Positions 8,844 through 16,904 of a stretch of 64,000 bases of DNA are shown one piece after another. The DNA is from Planctomycetota bacterium (GTDB lineage: Bacteria; Planctomycetota; Phycisphaerae; WQYP01). The position numbers and the translations under genes were made by a program. The stretch is taken from positions 2,329 through 66,328 of the forward strand of contig JAJZCR010000005.1 in NCBI GenBank assembly GCA_021851715.1, read 5' to 3'. The notes beneath the pieces are model-generated. The model had not been told where the DNA came from and made no database searches. It worked only from the letters and a program-made list of their open reading frames with translations. The stretch's first letter is position 1. Each line of letters begins with the position of its first letter.

Positions 8844-10196
8844 ATGCGACGTGTTGTCATTACCGGACTGGGAGCGGTTTCTCCGTTTGGGTTGTCGGCG
8901 GAAAATTTGTGGCAGGGTTTAATTTCCGGTAAATCCGGTGTGGGTCCCTTGACCAGCTTTAATGCCGCGAGCTTTCCCAGCCGCATTGCCGGCATCGTGC
9001 CGCCGTTTAAAACCATCGATTATGTGCCCAAAAGTTACCGCAAGGCCACCAAAATCATGGCCCGCGATATTGAACTTGCGGTCATTGCCGCTGATGGAGC
9101 GGTGCGCAGCGCCCGCCTGGCCACACGGGGCATGATTGAAACATTTGGCGGCCCCCAGTCTTTGCCAGCAGGATGGAAAATGGTGGATCCAACCCGTGTC
9201 GGTTGCAACATCGGAGCGGGATTGATCTGTGCGGACCTCAATGAGATGACCAGCGCTTTGGTCAAGGCTCGCAATCCGGACTTGAGTCTGAACCTCGCTG
9301 CCTGGGGCCATCCGGCGGAGCCGGGAAAAACCAGCGGTATGGAAAATCTTACTCCGCTGTGGCTGCTGAAATATCTACCGAATATGCTGGCTTGTCATGT
9401 CAGCATCATTCACGATACCCAGGGCCCCTCCAACACCGTTACCTGCGGCCAGGCTTCCGCAGGCCTGGCTTTGATGGAAGCCTGCCGCACTATTCAGCGT
9501 GGCAACGCAGATGTGGCCCTGGTGGGCGGATGCGAATCTGTAACACATCCGGTGGGTCTTATGCGGTGGTCGCTGCTGAACCGGTTGACCACCACCGGCA
9601 ATGACAATCCGGCACATGCGTGCAAACCTCTGGATAAGGCCGCCTCGGGAACCGTCATTGGCGAAGGCGGCGCGGTATTGGTGATTGAAGAATTAGAATT
9701 GGCCCGGGCCCGGGGAGCTGTTATTTACGCCGAGATCACAGGATTGGGAGCTTCGGCCACGGGCCAGCCGGTAGGTCAATGCGATTCCACTGGTGAATCC
9801 ATGGCTTACGCCATGAAAAAAGCTTTAGGCGAGGCCGCAATCAGCCCTGATGACGTACACATGATTATACCGCCCGGTTATGGAATTCCAGCCGCCGACG
9901 CCGCCGACATCAAGGCCATTCATCATGTTTTTTCTTCCCGCTCGAAGCCGTGGGTGGTGGCGATGCGGGGTGCCACCGGAGATTGCGGTGCCGGCTCTCA
10001 GGCACTGGATATTGTCGCCGCGGCCATGGCATTGCATCAGCAGACCGTACCGCCCGGCATTAACACGCTCAATCCGCTTGACGGCATCAACGTGCCGCAT
10101 ACCCCCCAGACAGGAACTCCATTGCATCACGTGCTGGTGGCGGCGAGTTCCATGGCCGGACAAAATTCAGTCGTGGTGCTGAAAAAATATGTGTAA
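8844..10196 (+). CDS. Beta-ketoacyl synthase-like protein, non-condensing chain-length-factor type (Gln at nucleophile position, both catalytic His lost)
   Basis: KAS N-terminus 'MRRVVITGLGAVSPFG', with GAGG 7 nt upstream of the ATG at 8844. The active-site region is 'VTCGQASAGLALMEACRTIQRGNAD'. 'MIIPPGYGIP' replaces NAHGT and 'AMRGATGDCGAG' replaces KSMTGH. Confidence 0.75.
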   Translation: MRRVVITGLGAVSPFGLSAENLWQGLISGKSGVGPLTSFNAASFPSRIAGIVPPFKTIDYVPKSYRKATKIMARDIELAVIAADGAVRSARLATRGMIETFGGPQSLPAGWKMVDPTRVGCNIGAGLICADLNEMTSALVKARNPDLSLNLAAWGHPAEPGKTSGMENLTPLWLLKYLPNMLACHVSIIHDTQGPSNTVTCGQASAGLALMEACRTIQRGNADVALVGGCESVTHPVGLMRWSLLNRLTTTGNDNPAHACKPLDKAASGTVIGEGGAVLVIEELELARARGAVIYAEITGLGASATGQPVGQCDSTGESMAYAMKKALGEAAISPDDVHMIIPPGYGIPAADAADIKAIHHVFSSRSKPWVVAMRGATGDCGAGSQALDIVAAAMALHQQTVPPGINTLNPLDGINVPHTPQTGTPLHHVLVAASSMAGQNSVVVLKKYV

Positions 10197-10245
10197 ATGA
10201 CCGCAGTGCGGCGTGCCGGATATGCGGCGTATCGGAGTAACATCA

Positions 10246-11556
10246 ATGCGTAACAGAGTGGTAATCACGGGAATGGGTTGGGTAACACCTCTCGGGCAGA
10301 CCCTGCAGGACGTATGGCAACGCTTAACCTCCGGCGAAAGCGGCATTGCGCCCATCACATTGTTCGATGCCCGCACCTTCCCCACAACATTTGCCGCGGA
10401 AGTCAAAAACTTTCAATTACCGGAGCGCTTTGTCCGCTCGGGCCGACACCGGGAAATCAGCCGGGCCACCGGTTTTTCGCTGGAAGCGGCCCGGCAGGCA
10501 TGGATGCAGGCTGGCCTGCCGGAGGCGGATTCCCCCGCAGCCGATATTGATCCGTATCAGGTGGGGATTTATCTGGGCAGCGGCGATGCGGCGCTGGATT
10601 TTGTGCCATTTACCGACACCGCCATTTCCAGTTGGAATGATGCCACCTCTTGCCTGGATACCACAAAATGGGGCACGCGAGCCTTGGGCGTCTTTAACGC
10701 CCTGCGCGAAATTGAGCAGGAGCCTTGCATGCCCGCCAACCATCTAAGTATGGAATTTAACGCCCGCGGCCCCGCGTTTAACTGCCTGACGGCCTGTGCG
10801 GCTTCCACGCAGGCGCTGGGCGAAGCAGCGGAAATTATCCGTCGCGGTGACGCCCAGGTGATGATTTCCGGAGGCGCTCATTCCATGATCCATCCCTTCG
10901 GTGTCACCGGTTTTAACCGACTCACCGCCCTTTCCACTCTGAACGACAATCCATCGCGGGCCTGCCGGCCGTTTGACGCCACGCGCGGTGGCTTTGTAAT
11001 TGGCGAAGGTGCCGGAATGTTGATTCTCGAATCGCTGGATCATGCCCGGACAAGAGGAGCCGGCATTCTGGCGGAAATTGTCGGTTACGGCAGTTCAGCC
11101 GATGCATACCGTGTTACCGATCAACACCCCGAGGGCCGCGGTGCGGTAGTGGCAATTCGCGAAGCCCTGCGTGACGCGGGTATGAAGCCTGAGGATATTG
11201 ATTACATCAATGCTCATGGTACCGGCACCAAAGAAAATGATTCCACGGAAACCCAGGCCATTAAAACGGTTTTTGGCCCATACGCCAGGCAAGTCCCCAT
11301 CAGCAGCATTAAAAGCATGATGGGCCATCTGATTGCCGCCGCCGGCGCTGTGGAAGCTATTACCTGCGTGCTGGCGATTCGTGATGGAGTGCTTCCCCCA
11401 ACCGCCAACTACGCCGTGCCCGATCCGGAATGTGACTTGGATTACGTACCCAATAAGGCGCGGCCCGCCAAAGTGGATGTGGCCATGTCCAACAGCTTCG
11501 GCTTTGGCGGCCAAAATGACACCCTGATTGTCCGGCGCTTTGTCAATTCGTCCTGA
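10246..11556 (+). CDS. Beta-ketoacyl-ACP synthase II-like (FabF family), catalytic triad intact
   Basis: Motifs 'MRNRVVITGMGWVTPLG', Cys in 'CLTACAASTQALGEA', 'YINAHGTGTKEND' and 'KSMMGHLIAAAGAVE'. Start set at the ATG at 10246 after GGAG. Confidence 0.85.
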   Translation: MRNRVVITGMGWVTPLGQTLQDVWQRLTSGESGIAPITLFDARTFPTTFAAEVKNFQLPERFVRSGRHREISRATGFSLEAARQAWMQAGLPEADSPAADIDPYQVGIYLGSGDAALDFVPFTDTAISSWNDATSCLDTTKWGTRALGVFNALREIEQEPCMPANHLSMEFNARGPAFNCLTACAASTQALGEAAEIIRRGDAQVMISGGAHSMIHPFGVTGFNRLTALSTLNDNPSRACRPFDATRGGFVIGEGAGMLILESLDHARTRGAGILAEIVGYGSSADAYRVTDQHPEGRGAVVAIREALRDAGMKPEDIDYINAHGTGTKENDSTETQAIKTVFGPYARQVPISSIKSMMGHLIAAAGAVEAITCVLAIRDGVLPPTANYAVPDPECDLDYVPNKARPAKVDVAMSNSFGFGGQNDTLIVRRFVNSS

Positions 11557-11584
11557 CGAAGAATTGGTGTTGAAAGGAGCATTT

Positions 11585-12754
11585 ATGCGCATCGCGTCTG
11601 CCATTTGTGTCGGCGATCAACCGGCGGTACTCGCCGCAGAGCTGGCGCATCAATTGCAGTCCCAGTTCCAGGGTGCCCCCGTGGATCTCGTGGTGGCTTT
11701 TGCTACCATCCAGTTGGCTCAGGCATTTCCGGAAGTTCTGTCCACGTTGCAGGGACAACTCGCCGCGCGCACTCTCCTGGCATGCACCGCCGAAAGCGTA
11801 CTGGGAGTGGATCGTGAAATTGAGCGGTCGGCCGCAGTCTCCGCTCTGGCGATGTCATTGCCCGGCATTACCGTCAAAACTTTTCATCTGGCGGAGGACG
11901 AATGGGCGGACATTCTCGGCGATAACCGGGTGCTGCGGACGCGGCTGGAACTGCCAACGGACCTGCGATTATTTGTGGTTCTTGGCGATCCCTTCACCAC
12001 GCCGGTGGTACAACTGCTGGATGCCTGTTCGGATGAATTTCCAGCGGCACCGGTGGTCGGCGGCATGGCCAGCGGCATCACCCAGCCCGGTCAGACACGT
12101 CTGACCATCAATGGGAATATATATTCGTCCGGTCTCGTCGGTGTGGGCCTGGCGGGTCCGTTGCAGGTCGATTGCGTCGTGTCGCAGGGTTGCCGGCCGG
12201 TGGGCCACACCATGGTGATCACGCGTGCCCATCAGAATGTGATCGAGCATCTGGATGGAATCCCGGCCATTGCCGCCATCGGGCGGATGCTGGAGGACCT
12301 GCCGCGGAAAGATCGCGAGATGATTGAAAAAGTGGGTCTGCAGATCGGCCGGGCCATTGACGAACGCAAAGGCAACTTCGGCCGCGGGGATTTTCTCATT
12401 CGCAATATCCTGAATTTGGATCGCCAGCAGGGGCATTTGACCATAGGGGATATGATCCATGAAAAGCAGACGGTGCAATTTCAGGTTCAGGATTCCCGCA
12501 GTGCCGATGAGGATCTTCGCCTCCTGCTGCAGGGAGAATTGCTGTTGGCCAACGCCCCGACCGGAGCCTTGATGTTCACCTGCAGTGGTCGCGGAACCCA
12601 TTTGTTCGGCGCACCGCATCATGACATCAGCACGGTGCGCAGTGTCTTGGGATCGGTGCCCGTTGCCGGCTTCTTTTGCGCCGGAGAACTCGGGCCGGTG
12701 GGCGGCCGGAATTTTATCCACGGGCAGACGGTGAGCCTGGCCCTGTTTCGCTAA
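11585..12754 (+). CDS. FIST (N and C) domain sensory protein
   Basis: 390 aa, soluble. The 'VDLVVAFAT..', '..FVVLGDPF..', '..VVGGMASG..' and '..GFFCAGELGP' pattern is typical of FIST_N/FIST_C. ATG at 11585 after AAAGGAG. Confidence 0.65.
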   Translation: MRIASAICVGDQPAVLAAELAHQLQSQFQGAPVDLVVAFATIQLAQAFPEVLSTLQGQLAARTLLACTAESVLGVDREIERSAAVSALAMSLPGITVKTFHLAEDEWADILGDNRVLRTRLELPTDLRLFVVLGDPFTTPVVQLLDACSDEFPAAPVVGGMASGITQPGQTRLTINGNIYSSGLVGVGLAGPLQVDCVVSQGCRPVGHTMVITRAHQNVIEHLDGIPAIAAIGRMLEDLPRKDREMIEKVGLQIGRAIDERKGNFGRGDFLIRNILNLDRQQGHLTIGDMIHEKQTVQFQVQDSRSADEDLRLLLQGELLLANAPTGALMFTCSGRGTHLFGAPHHDISTVRSVLGSVPVAGFFCAGELGPVGGRNFIHGQTVSLALFR

Positions 12755-12797
12755 GCCCGCCCAGCCGGATCTCCGTGCCCCATGAAAGCAACACACG

Positions 12798-13391
12798 ATG
12801 CGTAACTTTGTGACGATACCCGCCGAAATCGAAATAAAATTAAGGGTGGATGATTTTACCGCCGTCCGGGCAGCATTGGTGTCCGCGGGTGCCCAGGCCC
12901 TGGGAACAGATCGCGAACTTAACATATTTTTTGATCGGCCGGATAAAAGTCTGCGCGCCGACGGTGCGGGCTTACGGCTTCGCTGGCTATGGCACAATCA
13001 GGCCGTGGAACCGCAGGCACTGTTGACTTGGAAGGGACAGGCGGTATCCAGCGCCATGCACCATCGCCCTTCTCTGGATATCAGCGTTGCCCCACCTCAG
13101 CAGATGGCCGCCCTGCTGGAGATGCTGGGATTTGCACAAACGTTGGCCTTTGAAAAACTTCGCGAATCCTGGCGGCTGGAGACGAGCCGCATTGAACTGG
13201 ATCAATTACCCGAACTGGGCAACTTTGTCGAAATTGAAGGGCCGACGGAAGCCGCGGTCCTGGCAATGCAAAAGCGATTAGACTTGTTCGGCCGGCCGAT
13301 AGAGACACACACGTATATCGCCCTGGTGGAACGGCATTTGCACGACCACCCTGCCGACGATAACACCCTGCGATTCAAGCGCGGCGGATGA
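12798..13391 (+). CDS. CYTH-domain protein (class IV adenylate cyclase / triphosphate tunnel metalloenzyme family)
   Basis: N-terminal ExExK signature 'AEIEIKLRV', followed by 'LRADGAGLRLRW' and 'FVEIEGP'. Confidence 0.75.
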   Translation: MRNFVTIPAEIEIKLRVDDFTAVRAALVSAGAQALGTDRELNIFFDRPDKSLRADGAGLRLRWLWHNQAVEPQALLTWKGQAVSSAMHHRPSLDISVAPPQQMAALLEMLGFAQTLAFEKLRESWRLETSRIELDQLPELGNFVEIEGPTEAAVLAMQKRLDLFGRPIETHTYIALVERHLHDHPADDNTLRFKRGG

Positions 13392-13438
13392 AGCGCCGAA
13401 CCTCGCCGCCGGATAATAGAAGACGAAAACACGGATTA

Positions 13439-13546
13439 GAGCGGTTCTCAAAAGTCTTGTTGCAGGTGTGGTATATATTCGTACATCAGGAACAACACAT
13501 CACCTTAAAACATGCGACATTATTGATGAGAACTGCTCTAAACACG
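13439..13546 (+). repeat. Copy A of a hairpin-forming intergenic element of about 107 nt (partner at 48057-48163, inverted)
   Basis: The reverse complement of 13439-13546 matches 48057-48163 with 5 mismatches in about 107 nt. It has terminal inverted arms GAGCGGTTCTCA / TGAGAACTGCTC and is AT-richer than its flanks. It sits 48 nt after the CYTH stop and overlaps the last codons of the convergent CBS gene. Confidence 0.85.
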
Positions 13547-13975
13547 TCCGTACACGTATTCATGCAGATAGCGGATGGTAATCTCCTGTTCGCTGGTGTG
13601 CTGAGCGTTCAGGTCACCGATGGAGACCATCCCCAGCAATCCCCCATCCGGGTCGCATACCGGCAGGTGCCGGACGCGATGGGTTTTCATAATGGTGCTG
13701 GCTTCCTGCAGCGAGGTATCCAGATCGCAAAAGATCACGTCGCGGGTCATCACCTCTCCGACAGTGGTCTGATGAGGATTTTTATCCGCGGCGACCACAC
13801 GCTGGAGGATGTCACGCTCGGTGAGAATGCCGACAATATGCTCGGACTCCATCACCAGCAACGCCCCGATTTTGTAACGGTTCATCCGCTGGGTGGCGGC
13901 GAGGACACTGTCCGTGGGCATAACGGAATGCACGATGCGCGGCTTACCCGCAAGGATGTGAGAAAGTGTGGACAT
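13538..13975 (-). CDS. CBS-pair domain protein
   Basis: 145 aa with two CBS motifs ('IGALLVMESEHIVGILTERDIL' and 'VRHLPVCDPDGGLLGMVSIGDL'). Confidence 0.85.
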   Translation of the reverse strand: MSTLSHILAGKPRIVHSVMPTDSVLAATQRMNRYKIGALLVMESEHIVGILTERDILQRVVAADKNPHQTTVGEVMTRDVIFCDLDTSLQEASTIMKTHRVRHLPVCDPDGGLLGMVSIGDLNAQHTSEQEITIRYLHEYVYGRV

Positions 13976-14127
13976 GGCTGTACTCCTTCAAAGAGGCCAC
14001 TAAAATTTCCGGCATCAGAATTGGATAGCGACGCCAATGTTCTTGAGTGTAGACTTTTATAACAGATATGCAACATTGTGAATAAAATAACGAATAAGGC
14101 GGCCCTTGCTTATGCTCGCTGCTCTCA

Positions 14128-15123
14128 TCACTTGCTCTGACAGAAGCTGATCGCTGCCGTGAGGGATTCCGGATTAGCCAAAATGGTGCCAAACCCGCGC
14201 GGCAGGGGTCGGCAGCCGGTGTAGTGGTCAATGAGGTGTCGGCCACACCAGCTCAGAACCACATTTTGCCAGGATGCTACGGGATTTGGTGCCAGCGACG
14301 CATAAGCCTCCAGCAATGCCTGGGCTTCATCGCGTGCCACCATGCCATCCGGCCTTATGCACCAGTGAACAAAGGCATCCACCACATCTTGGGCGGGATG
14401 GCCAGTCTGGCAGAGGCCCCAATCCACCACATTGGCGATTTGCCGGTCGGCATCCAGCAAAATGGCCTCGGGCGATATGCCGCCATGGGCTAAACCGGCG
14501 TTATCAACAGCTCGGTTTTCCAGCATTTGCAGCAGCAAGTCCACATGCACCCGAGATGGTGCCGGAAAATCTCGCGGATGACGCAGGGGCGATGCGCATG
14601 ACCAATGGCGAATTTGCTCGCTCAAGGATGGCTGGTTGGTTGCCATGGGCATCTCGGCTAAAAGCCGGTGCAGCCAGGCAAGGCGCAAGCCCAGGTGGCT
14701 TAAATCCTGAGCCGTCCAGCGCTCCAGGGAAAGATGTTGCCCGACGGCAATTTCCGTCAAAACTAGGTGCGAACCTTGCGGGCCATCGACCACGAAGCAT
14801 GGGCCAGATGAAGTCATGGGGATGGATGCTTCCAGTCGCGGGGCTGGAAAACCCCGGCGGGACGCCACATCCAGTACAGACATGGCGTGTTGCAGCCATG
14901 GAAGACGATATTCAGGTGGAAACAACTGCAGCAGGTATTCCCGCTGTCCGGCGGTAAGAATTTCAAAACAGGTTGCCTGTCGCCCACGCTGCAGGTGGCG
15001 AAAACGAATGACACGGCCAATGGAATAGTGTCGTTCCAACAGAGCGTTAAAAGCGTAGGCCGTGCGGTCTTCCATTCCAAGATTGTTCCATCCATGATCC
15101 CGGGATGCAAGCGCAGCGGTCAA
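14128..15123 (-). CDS. Aminoglycoside/homoserine-kinase-type phosphotransferase (APH family)
   Basis: Catalytic loop 'LAHGGISPEAILLD' and 'VVDWGLCQTGHPAQDVVD' (Brenner / DxG-like motifs of the APH fold). Confidence 0.7.
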   Translation of the reverse strand: MTAALASRDHGWNNLGMEDRTAYAFNALLERHYSIGRVIRFRHLQRGRQATCFEILTAGQREYLLQLFPPEYRLPWLQHAMSVLDVASRRGFPAPRLEASIPMTSSGPCFVVDGPQGSHLVLTEIAVGQHLSLERWTAQDLSHLGLRLAWLHRLLAEMPMATNQPSLSEQIRHWSCASPLRHPRDFPAPSRVHVDLLLQMLENRAVDNAGLAHGGISPEAILLDADRQIANVVDWGLCQTGHPAQDVVDAFVHWCIRPDGMVARDEAQALLEAYASLAPNPVASWQNVVLSWCGRHLIDHYTGCRPLPRGFGTILANPESLTAAISFCQSK

Positions 15124-15271
15124 AGCCGGCTACGGCAAGAGCCGCCGGCCATGGACTGGTCCGATGATAGGCTCATGTTGCAGGGAAACCTTGATCTTCA
15201 AATAAATCCCCACTGGTCGTGTTAAGTATGCTCGCCAGATTTACCCTGAAAATGATCGCTGGCGAAATAAT

Positions 15272-15299
15272 TTGCATTAAATAAAAATAAACCTATAAT
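15272..15299 (+). promoter_or_regulatory. Promoter candidate TTGCAT-N16-TATAAT in the AT-rich divergent region
   Basis: TTGCAT at 15272-15277 and a perfect TATAAT at 15294-15299. It would give a leader of about 320 nt before the crtC-like ATG, or a separate small transcript. Confidence 0.3.
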
Positions 15300-15628
15300 A
15301 CATTAGCTTGACTTGGTGCAACGGCCGGTCGGGATGTGGTATACCAGTGAGGGGGGTTTGATGAAATGCCGGGCGGCATTGGCTGAATTCTTCCGCCAAT
15401 AGCCGCACCGTTTGGACATGAGTGCGGTCTTTAAGCGAAGCTTCGCATTGATTGTAAAGGCTTTTTTCGCTTAACAGTTGCCTGACGCAGCTAATCCAGA
15501 ACCGCAATCATGCCGATAAATGACGGGCGGATACTATAATTCCGCAGAATCACTTTCCTGGCCGGCCCTTGGTGGGGTCGGCCATGAGGAACGTAAAAAT
15601 TGTGGTTCTCTTTGGTCTGGTCTAATTT

Positions 15629-16903
15629 ATGTTGGACGGGTCGGTAAAACCCTTGGATTACTGTGGATCTTCGCCGGCGACGGCTCCGGATGATTCAGGC
15701 ATTACCTCTGGAGCAGGATCTTCGCGCGCCGGGATTGCCGGTTTAGCCAGCCCGGAACACCTGCGACTGTGGGCGGCCGACGCATCACGGCAGCAGCGCA
15801 CCCCGGGCTCGTACGAATGGTGGTATTTTGACGCTGTGGATGCCGTCGGCAACGGCGCTGTCATCTGCCTATTCGATGGTTTTTGCTTTCATCCGCGGTA
15901 TCTGGCGGAAGTTCGACGGTACCATCGGCGTATGAGAGCCCATGATCTTTCCGCTATTCGCGAAGAGGTGCTGGCATCGCATTATCCGGCGGCGTATGTA
16001 TCGGCCTATCAGGGTGGCCGCTGTGTGGCACGCTTCGTCAACATGTATCCACCGGATTCGTTCCGTGGCTCAACTGATTCTCCGGAACTTCAAGTGGGAC
16101 CGAATCGCGTAACCTTGCGGCACGATAATTCACTGGGCATTGTGGCCCGCGGTTATCCTACCCATCGTACCACGGGCGGGGTGCAACACCGCCGGGACCA
16201 TTGCATTCTCGTTGATTTTAATTTCAACCCCACTTTTAAGGGGGTGGAGCATATCGGCCCGTTTCGTCCGGATGGGGCCGATGGAGCACATCACATGTGG
16301 GTGATCAGTACGCCGCACGCCAAAGTCACCGGCCGTGTACAACATGTGGATCAACGCAACGGTGTAACCATCTTTGATATTCCGATTAATGCCCTCGGCT
16401 ACCATGATCATAATTTCGGCGGATCGGGCATTGCCCGTGACATCAAGCGTATCACACGCGGACGGGCGTTGGGAAATGACTATTCGATCGTGTGGAACCA
16501 TGCACTGACCGCGGAAAACCTGCCCGCCACCACCAATTCCCTGATATTTTTTCAGGCTGCCGCCGAGCCGATTGTCATCATGAATCCAAAAACGGAAGTG
16601 CGCCAAAGCCGGATTTCTCCATCGCTGGTGCGGTATCCCACCATGCTGACCATGCACGGCAGTGATACCCATGGTAATTCGGCGGAATTAGTGGTCACGC
16701 TGCGAAACCTGATGGAAACCACTCCATACAGTGTCCGGACCACCTGTTCGGCGGAACTTCGCATTTTAGGGCGCAAGCAGGTACGTGGTGAGGGAATCAT
16801 GGAAACTTCCTCGGTGCACAGCCTGAACTGGCCAATTTTGAGCGATGCCGCCTTCCGCACCATTCGCCCCATTGATCGTGACGATCCGCTCTGGCGGCAG
16901 TAG
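15629..16903 (+). CDS. CrtC-like hydratase (hydroxyneurosporene synthase / carotenoid 1,2-hydratase family)
   Basis: 'PGSYEWWYFDAVDAVGNGAVICLFDGFCFHPRY' resembles the N-terminal CrtC signature (GGYxWWYxDAxSDDG..F.GSVFSPYY). The true start is uncertain. Confidence 0.55.
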   Translation: MLDGSVKPLDYCGSSPATAPDDSGITSGAGSSRAGIAGLASPEHLRLWAADASRQQRTPGSYEWWYFDAVDAVGNGAVICLFDGFCFHPRYLAEVRRYHRRMRAHDLSAIREEVLASHYPAAYVSAYQGGRCVARFVNMYPPDSFRGSTDSPELQVGPNRVTLRHDNSLGIVARGYPTHRTTGGVQHRRDHCILVDFNFNPTFKGVEHIGPFRPDGADGAHHMWVISTPHAKVTGRVQHVDQRNGVTIFDIPINALGYHDHNFGGSGIARDIKRITRGRALGNDYSIVWNHALTAENLPATTNSLIFFQAAAEPIVIMNPKTEVRQSRISPSLVRYPTMLTMHGSDTHGNSAELVVTLRNLMETTPYSVRTTCSAELRILGRKQVRGEGIMETSSVHSLNWPILSDAAFRTIRPIDRDDPLWRQ

Positions 16904-16904
16904 T

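Noticed and set aside
13388-14062. A 224-aa plus-strand ORF, and the 81-aa ORF at 48057-48302, considered as possible genes associated with the repeat element.
   Set aside because: Both merely read through the AT-rich repeat copies. The first runs antisense to the CBS-pair gene. There is no SD or motif, and the two predicted proteins do not share a frame across the repeat.
15277-15507. A 76-aa minus-strand ORF in the divergent region, considered as a possible small protein.
   Set aside because: It has a TTG start and no SD, it ends inside the AT-rich promoter block, and the sequence has no recognisable features.
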